NCBI GenBank assembly: GCA_965261545.1
Contig: CBDHDF010000010.1
Location: 32,001 to 96,000 of the forward strand
Source of the DNA: Bdellovibrionales bacterium
GTDB taxonomy: Bacteria > Bdellovibrionota > Bdellovibrionia > Bdellovibrionales > UBA1609
Reading direction: 5' to 3'
DNA length: 64,000 nt
Under the pieces are notes generated by a model. It had not been told where the DNA came from. It saw only the letters and a program-made list of their open reading frames with translations, and ran no database searches. A program made the translations under genes and the position numbers. Of this stretch, positions 1 through 11,223 are shown in pieces; the stretch's first letter is position 1; each line of letters opens with the position of its first letter.

Positions 1-1152
1 GTTCCTGTCCAGGGAAGAAAGTTAAGTAGTTTTAAGTATTTACATGCCTTCCCTTTAGATTTTATGCTTTAAAATGGAGTCCATCAAACATAATCCGTGT
101 AAATTCAGTTACTTACATAAAACGGAAAAATAAAATAAGTTCCCCCCCCTCTCTTGACGAACCTTTCACAGCCCCTCCCTTTCAGTGACTTATGTGGCTA
201 TCAACTGGTTACTTGATATGAGAGGAAGAGTTGGATCAACCTGTGTTTCCACCGTGGTGATTTCAAACCTCCTTCAGGGAAATAACATTACGTTGCGCAT
301 CAACTTCAAAAAATACTTGACGTGTTTTTTCAGAGAAATAATTTTTGATATTTTATTCTTCATTTATTTTTTATGTAGGTTTTAGGAGGCGTGGGAACCT
401 CTCTATGAGGTAGAATTCTTATCCATGTTCTCCGAGAACCTCTCTGATTTTTTTCTTCTTAAAAGACATCCTTGCTCACTTTTTTCCCTCAAAAAAACGT
501 ATGTTAATATAAAAATTAAAGAGAAACTTTCACCAAAGGGGGGACTATGCGCCATTTGAAGAAGACACAGTTGGGACTCTTTTCCCAATATCCTAACCAC
601 CAACTCAGTACAGAATTGCAGCAAATTAATAACATCATTGATCGCCATCCAGAGTTTGCCCATATGGTTCATGAAGACCTTGTTAAAGAAAAGAAAGATT
701 CTGGTGATATTGGTATGACATCGGAGCAAGTTCTCAAGGTGGCTATTCTTAAATCCATAAGAGGTCTTTCCTATCGTGCGTTAGCCTTTAATCTTGTCGA
801 TTCAGTATCCACCAGAGCTTTTCTGGGCCTTGAATTGGAAGAAAATTACGCTCACTCCACCTTACAGGACTTGATTGTTCAAATAAGTGAAGAAACTTGG
901 GGAATTATTAGCGCCTCTTTAGTTTCAGATGCAAGAGATCAAAAGATTGAGCCGTGTAAGAAAATGAGATTGGACACATAGGTGTTCGTGGTTTTTTTCT
1001 AATTTTAATTCCAAATTAATGGAAATACTTTTCAAGCCTCCTTTTTTACATAGAGGGAAGTGGGCGATTTATAAATATTTATAGATGGTATTTTGAGAAA
1101 TGGACGCAGATTGACATTTGATATCCACGACAAGCCATGTGTTTTAAGAGAC

Positions 1153-1617
1153 TTAATTGTGTAACGAAAGAACTGTGGACTTTTGGGAACAACAGAATTT
1201 AAATTTCTTTCCACTTCCGCATGGACAGGATTGATTTCTTCCAATTTTTTCGCTTTGGTCATTTTTCTGCTGTGATGCAGACATATCTTCAGTTACAATT
1301 TTTTTTTGCTTTTCATCTTCCAAATCCTCATCCAAATTATCAAAAAGAATATCTCCTAGATTCTTGTGAAAGTAACGATTTTTAAATTGAGATATGAGCA
1401 TCATAAAAATACATGTAAGAACCAAAAGTGTGAGTGAAGCAAAAAACAAAGAAGATGCTTGCATCTGAGTTAATGGGAGGATGAGTGCCAGTAAATAACC
1501 AAATCCAAATACCAATAAGGAAATAAGAAGAGATATAAAGGATCCCAAAGAAAGTAATATTAAAAGTCCAAAAATCATTGCTATTTTTTGCTCCTGTCGA
1601 ATACAATGAATCCGCAT
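1153..1617 (-). CDS. Membrane protein with C-terminal SEC-C zinc-binding motif
   Basis: Hydrophobic N-terminal segments, acidic linker, KIGRNQSCPCGSGKKFKFCC. Confidence 0.8.
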   Translation of the reverse strand: MRIHCIRQEQKIAMIFGLLILLSLGSFISLLISLLVFGFGYLLALILPLTQMQASSLFFASLTLLVLTCIFMMLISQFKNRYFHKNLGDILFDNLDEDLEDEKQKKIVTEDMSASQQKNDQSEKIGRNQSCPCGSGKKFKFCCSQKSTVLSLHN

Positions 1618-1722
1618 AGATACAAGTGAGTTATCTACAGACTTAATGATTCTCGCGTTAGTATCTTAATAGGTCAAGATTAATTGGAGGAAATTTTTAT
1701 TTTTTAAACGCAGGGGGCAAAT

Positions 1723-2967
1723 ATGAGCACGGAAGCTCAAACACTTAAAACGATCAAAAAATGTTTCAAGAAAGTTATTCCTGAAAAGGACTCTCGGGCA
1801 ACCATTCCACCTCTTGAGTTTATTGTGGCTCTTGTCTTGTCATTCCAGGGAGACTCTAAGACATATTCAATAGAGGGAATTAGGAGGTTTATGATAAGTC
1901 ATTTAGGATTAAGAATTGAAAGACACAGCTTCTGGGAAAGACTCTCTAGAAAAAGATTAAAAGAGCTTCTGAGTAAACTGGTTGAAATGCTCATGATAAA
2001 GCTATCTCATGGAGCTTTTCATGGGAGCAAAGCCATATTATTACAACTGGGAGTCTCAGACGTTCTTCTTGTTGACTCAAGCACAATAAGCCTTTGGGAT
2101 GGAGCATCTGAGAATTTTCCAGGGACAAGAACAAACGCAGGAATTAAATGGCACGCTTGTTTCAGTTTATTCAGTGGTATAATGACTTGGTTCGAATTAA
2201 CTCCGTCTTCCACTAACGATAGGAAGTGCTTTCCTGATATAAAGGAACTCGTTGGAAAATTAGTCATCTTTGATTTGGGATATTGGGACTATGGCTTATT
2301 GTCATCTATTCATGAAGCTAAAGGATTTTTCTTGTCTAGAGTGAAGTCAAATGCCTCTATTCTTATTGATGCTGTTGTTGAAGGTTTGCCAGATTACTAT
2401 GTTGGAAAAGAGTTCTCTGATATTAAACTCAAGAAAAAAAACGATGTTGTTGAATTTATAGGCAGTGTCTTGTCCAATGGTAAATGGGTAAGTTTGAGAA
2501 TTGTAGGCTTCTGGAATTCCTCCGAAAAACGCTATCATTGGTATTGCACGAATTTAGATGTGGCAGCGGAGTCCATATATCCAATTTATCGTTTACGTTG
2601 GCAATGTGAACTTATTTTCAAATCTTGTAAGAATTCTTTGAATGCAAATCAGATCACCTCAAACGATCAAAATATCATAGAGAGTCTTCTTCTTGCTTCA
2701 TTAGCGGCTCACCTCACATCAAGTGTTGTTTTGAGGATAGGAAGAACTAAACTCAATAAGGAACAAAATAACTCCACATCGTTTCAAAGAGTTGCTAAGG
2801 TTACCGTCTTATTAGCCTCTGATTTTATCAAATATCTCCTAAGCTCATCTCAAAAGTATTTAAATATTTTGATAGAGAAGATCAAGATATTCTCCCATGA
2901 AATTTATGACACAAACTACCGACGGCGAAAAACATCAATGAATATGGCTAAAAAGGTCTTGCTATGA
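1723..2967 (+). CDS. IS4-family transposase
   Basis: 414 aa with VDSSTI, FDLGY and YRLRWQCELIFK (YREK) motifs. Confidence 0.92.
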   Translation: MSTEAQTLKTIKKCFKKVIPEKDSRATIPPLEFIVALVLSFQGDSKTYSIEGIRRFMISHLGLRIERHSFWERLSRKRLKELLSKLVEMLMIKLSHGAFHGSKAILLQLGVSDVLLVDSSTISLWDGASENFPGTRTNAGIKWHACFSLFSGIMTWFELTPSSTNDRKCFPDIKELVGKLVIFDLGYWDYGLLSSIHEAKGFFLSRVKSNASILIDAVVEGLPDYYVGKEFSDIKLKKKNDVVEFIGSVLSNGKWVSLRIVGFWNSSEKRYHWYCTNLDVAAESIYPIYRLRWQCELIFKSCKNSLNANQITSNDQNIIESLLLASLAAHLTSSVVLRIGRTKLNKEQNNSTSFQRVAKVTVLLASDFIKYLLSSSQKYLNILIEKIKIFSHEIYDTNYRRRKTSMNMAKKVLL

Positions 2968-4174
2968 AAGAATAAAAAACCACGAACACCTATGAGATTG
3001 GACAGTACAGTGACGAAATCAAATATTCATCATCCAACGGATGCATCGCTTTTATATGACTGCATAAGAGTTACAGAAAGAGAATTTAAAAAAGTTCGTA
3101 AAAATGTCATGAAAGATTTTTGGCGACTTATTTCAAGAGAAGATCTTAAGAGAGCAAAAACCTTGCTTTACAAAATTAATAATTCCAAAAATGATGCGGA
3201 AAGACTACCTTGCTATAAGGAGCTTTTAAAAATCGCTACCAAATTGAACAAAGGATTACCTGATACCATCAGAAAGATAAAAAAAGAACAAAAATGTGTG
3301 AAGATGAATGCTTTGAAAAAGAGTCTAAAACAGTTAGAAAATGTTGCCTTCTACCTGGAAAAAATCATCTTTCAAACTCAAAAAAGAGTTATTGAGGGGA
3401 AAAAAGTATCCTCTGAAAAAAAGGTCCTATCCATCTTTGAACCGCATACAGACATTATTGTAAAGGGGCAAAGAGAAGTCGAGTTTGGGCATAAAATCTT
3501 TCTGACCTCAGGGCAAAGCAACATGATTTTAGATTGTCAGATCCCTGATGGCAACCCCGCAGACTCTGATATGTTTTTAAAAGTTATGAATTCAGTGACA
3601 CAAACCTATGGGGCTTGCCCTGTAAAAGTAAGTGCAGATGGTGGGTTTGCTTCAAAAGAAAATCTTGAAGAGGCCAAAGAGATGGGGGCTAAAGATGTTT
3701 GCTTCCCAGAAAAAAAAGGAATGAAAATATTAAAGATGGTTAAAAGTGCTTGGGTCTTTAAAAATCTTCTCAATTGGAGAGCCGGAATAGAGGCTGTTAT
3801 TTCATTCCTTAAGAGATGTTTTGGTATGAGAGTTGCTTACTGGAAAGGGCATGATGGTTTTAAGAGGTATGTAAAGAATGCCGTTTGTGCCTATAATTTT
3901 GTTGTCTTGGCAAGACATGAATTATCAACTGTCACCTAAATTTATCCATTAGGAATAACAGCAATGGACCAGGTCGAAGGTGCTAAAATCTTCCAAAGGT
4001 AGGGGTGCGTCTTCAAATCGAAAAAACTAGGGCGCAAGTCGCTTAAAGACCTTTTTCCCCTTAATCTGTAGAGTTTGTGTGGCAAATCTCCAACTCTCAC
4101 TCCCCCATTGAGGCATTGGGAGGCTCAATGGGGAGTGTCAGAGAACAAAAAATGGGCCTTTCTGGACAGAAACT

Positions 4175-4902
4175 AGGTAGTTTTGAGAGTAATAGCATAA
4201 CTCTCTACGATAGGCTTTATTTATCTACAGAGATTATTAAGGCCCATGCTCAAGCCAGTAACTTCTTTATTGCGCGTTGTAAGCGAGGCTCTACTTTTAT
4301 CCCCATCGTAAATTTATTTAATGGCCCAGGTTGGTATTCACAAATGGTTATTGAGGGGGTGGTCATTCATCTCTATAAGTATAAAAACCCAAAGACTGGG
4401 GAGTTCTCTGTTTTGGCCACTAATCTTCCGCATGGCTCCTTGGACAAGAAGGATATGGTTGCTCTTTACTCTCGTCGTTGGGAAATAGAAACGACATTTC
4501 GTGATTTTACATCGACAATGAAAATGGAGCAGTGGCACTCAACAAGCCTTAATGGAATATTGCAAGAGCTGTATTCTTATTTTTGGCTCTTCAATTATAC
4601 AAAGATTCAAATGAGCATAAATGAGGATGAAGACAGTGTGAATCAGTTGGTGAAAAATGACTACAAAAAACCTAACTTTAAACTGATTCTTGATTTCATA
4701 ATGGATAGCATCCCTCTTTTTGTTGCGGGGCTCTATCAGAAATTTAGGAAGCAGATAAAGTTGCTGATGAAGATTTCAATGGAGAAGAGGAGGCACTTCA
4801 AAAGAAGCTATGAAAGGTCTATCAAAAGGGCTGGGAGTTCTTTTAAAAGAAATAGCTTAACGCAGAGGCAGAGGGGTGTGGTGGCTTAAGGAAACGGCAT
4901 TG
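4175..4902 (+). mobile_element. 3' half of IS4-family element (copy 1 of 3), cut by the ISNCY insertion
   Basis: Near-identical to the 3' part of 8635-10051; ends with IR CTTAAGGAAACGGCATTG at 4902, then IS21 istA sequence follows. Confidence 0.9.
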
Positions 4903-6202
4903 CCTTAATGGATATATGGATCGGGTGAAGTACTTTTTGAAGTTGAACCCAAGTAACACCGCCCGTGAAATATATGAGCTATTAGTTGAGGAGGGTTATC
5001 GTGGGAGTGAGAGAACGGTTCAGAGAAGAGTTTGTGAGATTCTTGGTTCTCGCCCCAAGGAGCGTTTTTTCAGCCAAAGATATGATCCTGGAGAACAGGC
5101 TCAGTTTGATTTTAAGGAGAAGGTTGCTTTACCATTTGCCGATGGTGTTCAGATCGTTCATCTCCATTTTGGAACATTGCCTTGTAGTGGCACCTGTTGG
5201 GTTCGTGCCTACCCCTTTCTTGTCTATGAGTGTTTCATCGATGGGGTGCATGCTTTTTTTGAAAAGATAGGTGGGATGAGTGCGAACATCCGTATTGATA
5301 ATTTATCTCCCTGTGTGAAGAAAGTTCTTAAAGGAAATCAGCGAATTTACACCCAATCTTTTGATCGAGCCATCCAATACTATGGATTTAAGGTTCTTCC
5401 CTGCCGCGCAGGGAAGGGCTCTGACAAGGGAGATGTGGAGCGTGATATTCGAACCTTCAGTTCTCGGATAAAAAATATTGTTAGAAACAAAGGAATTGTT
5501 TTTAAAGACTGGGATCATTTGAATCAGTTTTTAGAGTCTTATATGGATCAGCATCAGAGTGACTCCACCAAATCTCGCTTTGAGGAGGAGGCCAAAGTTC
5601 TTAAGCCTTTGCCTCCACGAGATGAAGATATTCTCTGTAAGGTGAATATTTGTCAAAGTAATGGTTATGGGACTTTGAGAATAGGTAAAACCACATATTC
5701 CATACCTGATGAGGTGATCCAAGCTCCCTGTAAAACCGTACAGGGTCCCTATCATGTCACGATCTATCGTGACGAAGGAGGGAAACAAGAAATTGTCGCT
5801 CGCCATCAAAGAAAACCTGATGGGGAGCATAGTCTTCTTCTTGAACATATCCTTCCCTCTTTAGTTCGTAAGCCGCAAGCCATGGTAAGATGGGCTCACC
5901 GATCCATTCTTTTTCCAACAAATGTGTTTGAAAATTTTTATCAATACCTCAAGCAACAAGATTCAAGCCGTGCCGAGCATGAATATTTAAGAGTTATCAA
6001 CTTGATTCAGCATGTGAGTTGGCAGGACTTATCTACAGCCATGGAGCTTCAATTAGAAAGTCGTGAGATTTTCGACTTTAAATCCATAAAAGATTTGCTC
6101 TTAGGCAATCCCACCAAAATTAATTTGAATGACCAACAAAAACCACTTCAACCTAGATTGTCTCAATATGACAGTCTTGTTCCAAACATAGGAGGTTCTT
6201 AA
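4903..6202 (+). pseudogene. istA: IS21 IstA, 5' part separated by IS4 insertion
   Basis: Matches 58407..60011 but lacks the N-terminal HTH; GEQAQFDF, IDNL, DKGDVER motifs. Confidence 0.88.
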
Positions 6203-6984
6203 TGAATCACGAAGAACTTATAGGTTCTCTTAAAAAACTCCGACTTCCAGCGATGGCGGATGAATATGTTGCAACGGCTAGAGTTGCCGAAAAAACAAAA
6301 AAGACGTATGAACAGTATTTAGGTATACTCGTTCAAAATGAGCTTGCTGACAAGCATTCCCAGAGAGTGAAAAGATTGCTTAAGGGGGCCAAGCTTCCTC
6401 AACTTAAATCACTCCAAACTTATAACTTCCAGAAAAGAACGGGAGTGACAGCTCAGAAAATTAATTGGATGGCAGAGGGAGAGTGGGTCAGAAAAGCCTG
6501 TAATGTTGTGTTTTACGGAAGCTTTGGAATGGGGAAAAGTCATTTGGCCATGTCCCTAGTTCGTTCACTCTGTGAACAAGGCTATCGATGTTTATGGGTC
6601 ACCACTCATGAACTTATTGAAACAATGCGTGAAAGCAAGAAAGAACTCTCATTGAATGCTCTTTTTAAGAAATTAGACCGTTTTGATCTTATTGCTTGTG
6701 ATGAACTTGGCTATACAGCTTCCTGCACAGAGGGGGCAGATCTTTTCTTTCAATTCATATCTCAGCGATATGAAAGGAAAAGTCTCATGATCACTACAAA
6801 CTTAACATACTCTGAATGGGATAAGGTGTTTCTTAACCCTATTACCACCGCTGCTGCTGTTGATCGAATCATTCACAACTGTGAAACCCTCAACATTGAA
6901 GGAAAAGAAAGTTGGAGAACCGAATCGGCAAAAGCCAAGTCTAAACAGAGCAAAGAGGAAAGTTCAACCAAAGAAGTTCATTAG
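6202..6984 (+). CDS. istB: IS21 helper ATPase IstB
   Basis: Walker A GSFGMGKS, DELGY, ITTNL, AAVDRIIH. Confidence 0.95.
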   Translation: MNHEELIGSLKKLRLPAMADEYVATARVAEKTKKTYEQYLGILVQNELADKHSQRVKRLLKGAKLPQLKSLQTYNFQKRTGVTAQKINWMAEGEWVRKACNVVFYGSFGMGKSHLAMSLVRSLCEQGYRCLWVTTHELIETMRESKKELSLNALFKKLDRFDLIACDELGYTASCTEGADLFFQFISQRYERKSLMITTNLTYSEWDKVFLNPITTAAAVDRIIHNCETLNIEGKESWRTESAKAKSKQSKEESSTKEVH

Positions 6985-7011
6985 AGATCCCCACTTTTGG
7001 GGAAGGAACTC

Positions 7012-7109
7012 GCCAGTTATCCACAAAATTTATCCACAGCAGCACTGCGTTGCTAGACATCGGGGTCACAGCCGCAGTGTCGCCATGGATAAATTTATGG
7101 ATAACTGGC
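7012..7109. repeat. 98-bp imperfect palindrome with DnaA-box motifs downstream of istB (copy 1)
   Basis: GCCAGTTATCCACAAAATTTATCCACA...TGGATAAATTTATGGATAACTGGC; TTATCCACA at 7017 and 7030. Confidence 0.85.
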
Positions 7110-8634
7110 TTTTACCGTACTATTTGCTCGTCACTCTCGCGGAGCTTTAGACATTAGCTGCGCCAAGGAATCCTGAAAAATACTCCATTTACCTCTGCCA
7201 TAGGGCTGAAGGATGCATTTGGGGTCATGCCAAAAGTGGTGGGCAGAAAATCATTCCTCAGAATCTTGTGGCATAGTCCGAGTTAAATGATGAGCAAAAT
7301 AAAGACACTTGACTAAACTCTGAACGAAGAATAACTAAATCAGTACATCATCAACTGGCCGTTTTTCATTGGCGACGGCTTCTAAAAATGGCCAATTTTA
7401 ATTGGTGCAAAATTTCACCTAGTTTGACCCACCCAATTTCACCTGGTTTGACCCACCCAATTTCACGAAGTTTGACCCACTGAATTTCACCAAACATTGA
7501 CCCACTTAGATCTTCATAGATATTCTTTCTGCGCTACGCATTAACGAGGAGGTGTCTATGGGCAAACAAGGTAAGAAAAAAGGAGCAAGAATGATCAACA
7601 ATATTAAGAAATACATAGAGCTTGGACTCAGTTCGAGACAAATAGCTCGAGCTATGGGTGTTAGTCGGAACACTGTGAAGAAGTATGTGAAGGATAGTCC
7701 CGGAGGCCCTAACAGCCGCTCAAAGGGGTCGCATGGGCCCTACCAAGCCCCATGGTCATCCAAGGTGAATTGGACAGATGTTCGCCTCAAGCAAAGCCTA
7801 GGGACTCAATTGGCTCATTACTGGGAGCGACATATTCAGTCCGAGATTGACGGTGTGAGTTATCTTTCTTTTTGGAGAGAGTTTCGTCGGAGGCACCCAA
7901 GTATAAAGCTTGATATGCACCAGACATTCACCCCTGGTGAACGGAGTGAGTTTGACTATAAGGGAAAAGACTCTTGTTTTGGCTATACAGATGCCAAGAC
8001 TGGGGAGTTCATCCCATGTCGATTATTTGGAATGATACTTCCATCGAGTCAGTTTTTCTTTCCATGCGCCACATTAACAGAGCAGCGGGAAGATGTTTTT
8101 TCCTCCATAGCTTCTGGTTTTGAGTTTTTTGGTGGTGTGACCGGAACCATTGCTTTTGATAACGCAAAGGTTCAAGTGACAAGAGCTGATACTTATGACC
8201 CCGATATTAACTCTGAGTTTCACCTCTTGTGTGATCACTACAATGTGGCTCCTTTGGCGATGAGGCCATCTCGCCCCAAAGACAAGAGTCTTATCGAAAA
8301 TACCCTTGGAGTCTTTTGGCGCTGGTCTTGGCCCCAGATAAGAGAGCGGCAAATGTATTCTCTAGCAGACATCAACGCTGAGTTGAAGCATTTGGCAGCT
8401 ATTTTCAATGATCGTATTCAAAAAAAGTATGGGTTGAGTCGTCGACAGAAGTTTGAATCTTTTGAGAAGTCAAAATTGAATCCTCTTCCTGAAAGACGCT
8501 ATGAGAGTGGATTCTGGAAGCATTCCAAGGTTCATCCGGATTGTCACATTCAATATAACTACAATTTTTACTCTGTTCCTTATAAGCATCGCGGCAAGAA
8601 GTTAGATATTCGTATTAGCCAACAATGCTTGGAG

Positions 8635-10051
8635 CAATGCCGTTTCCTTAAGAAAAATCTCTTGAAATTATTAGATAAATCGACAAGAATAAGACTTGTT
8701 TTATTTTACACCCAACCCTCAACCAAGGAGTAAGTCACATGCAATCCAATATTGATCTCGAAAGCCCCCAAATGACGAGTTCGCGTCACAGATGACCATT
8801 TTATTCTACCAAAACTTGATTCTTCCTTCAAGCCAGAGCACCTTGTCGATCCAGAAAAACAAAAAAGGAATCGAAAATTTAATCCTCAAATTTTCTTTTT
8901 TACCATTATCTATCTTATTTCCGGAACAAATTACGAAGGCTACCAAATCGCTCTTAAGACGGTATGGACTCATTTTGGTGACCTGCTTCTCATGCCAGTC
9001 AAAAGCAGTCTCAGCAAGATACGTCAAAGTATTTCTTACCTATTTTTCAAAGATATCTTTGAATCTCTGATTACAGACTACGAACCATTGAGAAAAACGT
9101 TTCATGGTTTTTATATCTATGCCATAGATGGCGACCAATTAGCACTTCCTCGCTCTAAAGATCTTTTAAAGGAGGGTTATTGTGGGTACCCTTGCCCAAA
9201 TGAGATGGAAACTCATTTCTTACGTATGTATCTATCTCATGCTTATGACGTTTTATCGGGTGTGACAAAGAATCTTTGCTTTTCTCCCGCTCTCAACGAA
9301 ATCGCCAATGCTATTCAAATGATAGGTAGTTTTGAGAGTAATAGCATAACTCTCTACGATAGGCTTTATTTATCTACAGAGATTATTAAGGCCCATGCTC
9401 AAGCCAGTAACTTCTTTATTGCGCGTTGTAAGCGAGGCTCTACTTTTATCCCCATTGTAAATTTATTTAATGGCCCAGGTTGGTATTCACGAATGGTTAT
9501 TGAGGGGGTGGTCATTCATCTCTATAAGTATAAAAACCCAAAGACTGGGGAGTTCTCTGTTTTGGCCACTAATCTTCCGCATGGCTCCTTGGACAAGAAG
9601 GATATGGTTGCTCTTTACTCTCGTCGTTGGGAAATAGAAACGACATTTCGTGATTTTACATCGACAATGAAAATGGAGCAGTGGCACTCAACAAGCCTTA
9701 ATGGAATATTGCAAGAGCTGTATTCTTATTTTTGGCTCTTCAATTATACAAAGATTCAAATGAGCATAAATGAGGATGAAGACAGTGTGAATCAGTTGGT
9801 AAAAAATGACTACAAAAAACCTAACTTTAAACTGATTCTTGATTTCATAATGGATAGCATCCCTCTTTTTGTTGCGGGGCTCTATCAGAAATTTAGGAAG
9901 CAGATAAAGTTGCTGATGAAGATTTCAATGGAGAAGAGGAGGCACTTCAAAAGAAGCTATGAAAGGTCTATCAAAAGGGCTGGGAGTTCTTTTAAAAGAA
10001 ATAGCTTAACGCAGAGGCAGAGGGGTGTGGTGGCTTAAGGAAACGGCATTG
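8635..10051 (+). mobile_element. IS4-family element (copy 2, complete, 1417 bp)
   Basis: 18-bp IRs CAATGCCGTTTCCTTAAG / CTTAAGGAAACGGCATTG; 10-bp duplication ATGCTTGGAG at 8625-8634 and 10052-10061. Confidence 0.95.
8776..10038 (+). CDS. IS4-family transposase (open frame starts 8776; first in-frame ATG 8992)
   Basis: AIDG, YDRLY, YSRRWEIETTFR motifs; the frame is open upstream of the ATG and encodes RNRKFNP, typical of IS4 N-termini. Confidence 0.85.
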   Translation, partial: RVRVTDDHFILPKLDSSFKPEHLVDPEKQKRNRKFNPQIFFFTIIYLISGTNYEGYQIALKTVWTHFGDLLLMPVKSSLSKIRQSISYLFFKDIFESLITDYEPLRKTFHGFYIYAIDGDQLALPRSKDLLKEGYCGYPCPNEMETHFLRMYLSHAYDVLSGVTKNLCFSPALNEIANAIQMIGSFESNSITLYDRLYLSTEIIKAHAQASNFFIARCKRGSTFIPIVNLFNGPGWYSRMVIEGVVIHLYKYKNPKTGEFSVLATNLPHGSLDKKDMVALYSRRWEIETTFRDFTSTMKMEQWHSTSLNGILQELYSYFWLFNYTKIQMSINEDEDSVNQLVKNDYKKPNFKLILDFIMDSIPLFVAGLYQKFRKQIKLLMKISMEKRRHFKRSYERSIKRAGSSFKRNSLTQRQRGVVA

Positions 10052-10470
10052 ATGCTTGGAGGTTTATTCAGAATTAGAGCGGGTGGCGATACATCACATC
10101 CCCCAGGGCAGTCGAGGGCGCTACTTTACGACAAAATCTCATCTCCCTGAGTCCCACCGGGCCATTTTAGAGCAAACGCCACAAAATGTACTTAAAGAGG
10201 CATCAAGCCTTGGAGAAAGCATTCACAAAGTTGCCGAGCGGCTTATCAAAGAGCCTCGCCATCCGCTTATGTATCTTCGTCGTGTTCAGGGGATACTCAA
10301 TCTAAGAAAACGGTATTCAACAGCTTCTTTGGAGCAGGCTTGTACAATTGCGCGTATTGCCCGCACTGGTTGCACCCATTACCCTCACTTTCCCTATTTC
10401 AATGCGTCATTGATGATTTTCCTTCCCATTTCTGGGGAAAATTTTAGTTAATTTGTAATCCTATTTCTTC

Positions 10471-11223
10471 CTATTTTAGGGAAAAGTCCTGGTCAAGTTT
10501 TGTTCCCTGGATTTTTCGATAACTCTCTCCTTTAAGTAAAATTTTTATGGCGGTATGCTTCAAACGGTCGATGATAGTATCTGCCAGCACCTCATCATCA
10601 ATAATTTCTGACCAATGCGTTATTGGCAGTTGAGTGGTAATAACGGTGGACCTATCGGAACGAAACTTTAAAATATCGCAGAAGTCTGTGGATTCACTTT
10701 GGGAGAACTTCCTTAATCCAAAGTCATCAAAAATTAACACTTGGGGGCGGCCCAGACGACGCAAGTAGTTCAAATACCTTCCTGAGTGCCTTTCCAGGGC
10801 CAAGGTTTCTAGAAATATGTTGATGTCTATAAACAGTGTGGAGATTCTGGATTGACAACACTGGTGTCCCAGGCTCTGGGCCAAGAAGGTTTTACCCACC
10901 CCCGTTGGCCCTTCGACAATGATAGACCTTTGCTCCTTAACCCATGATAAAGTTTGAAGCCTATCCACCTCTCTTTTACTAATAGACCTTTTGGCATGGT
11001 GGTCAAATGCCTCACCTCTGACCTTGTGAGGCAGCTTTGAGGTCTTGAGAAGTCTTTGGCTGAATTGGATTTTCCGAGCCTCCACTTCTGCAAATAACAG
11101 CTCGTTCAATAGATCCAATGCTTGAGTCTTGTGGCTTGTGTTATCCAGCGCCACTTCAAGGCTGTCTAACATTCCATAGAGCTTCAACTCATGCATGTGG
11201 TTTTTGATTTGTACTTCATCCAT
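10471..11223 (-). CDS. istB: IstB ATPase
   Basis: GPTGVGKT, DDFG, ITTQLP, IIDRL. Confidence 0.95.
   Translation of the reverse strand: MDEVQIKNHMHELKLYGMLDSLEVALDNTSHKTQALDLLNELLFAEVEARKIQFSQRLLKTSKLPHKVRGEAFDHHAKRSISKREVDRLQTLSWVKEQRSIIVEGPTGVGKTFLAQSLGHQCCQSRISTLFIDINIFLETLALERHSGRYLNYLRRLGRPQVLIFDDFGLRKFSQSESTDFCDILKFRSDRSTVITTQLPITHWSEIIDDEVLADTIIDRLKHTAIKILLKGESYRKIQGTKLDQDFSLK

Larger units (their letters stand above)
977..2994 (+). mobile_element. IS4-family element with passenger gene
   Basis: Inverted repeats CATAGGTGTTCGTGGTTTTTT (977) and AAAAAACCACGAACACCTATG (ending 2994); 10-bp target duplication AGATTGGACA at 967-976 and 2995-3004. Confidence 0.92.
547..3939 (+). pseudogene. 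DDE transposase split by IS insertion (547-976 joined to 3005-3939)
   Basis: ORF 547..981 ends KMRLDT and ORF 2992..3939 begins MRLDSTV...HHPTDASLL; motifs FEPHTDIIVKG, ADGGF, RAGIEAVIS. Removing 977-2994 and one copy of the duplication restores the frame. Confidence 0.85.
1..4174 (+). mobile_element. ISNCY/IS5-like insertion sequence, interrupted by a nested IS4 element
   Basis: Left end GTTCCTGTCCAG at 1 matches the inverted right end CTGGACAGAAAC(T) at 4162-4174. IS4 transposase sequence resumes right after 4174. The left end may begin just before the window. Confidence 0.8.

Noticed and set aside
4077..4889. 270-aa ORF as a real gene
   Set aside because: Chimera: the first about 33 codons come from the ISNCY right end and the rest from the broken IS4 transposase.
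7012..7109. oriC because of DnaA boxes
   Set aside because: The boxes lie inside multicopy IS elements, with no unwinding element or dnaA/dnaN/gidA context.
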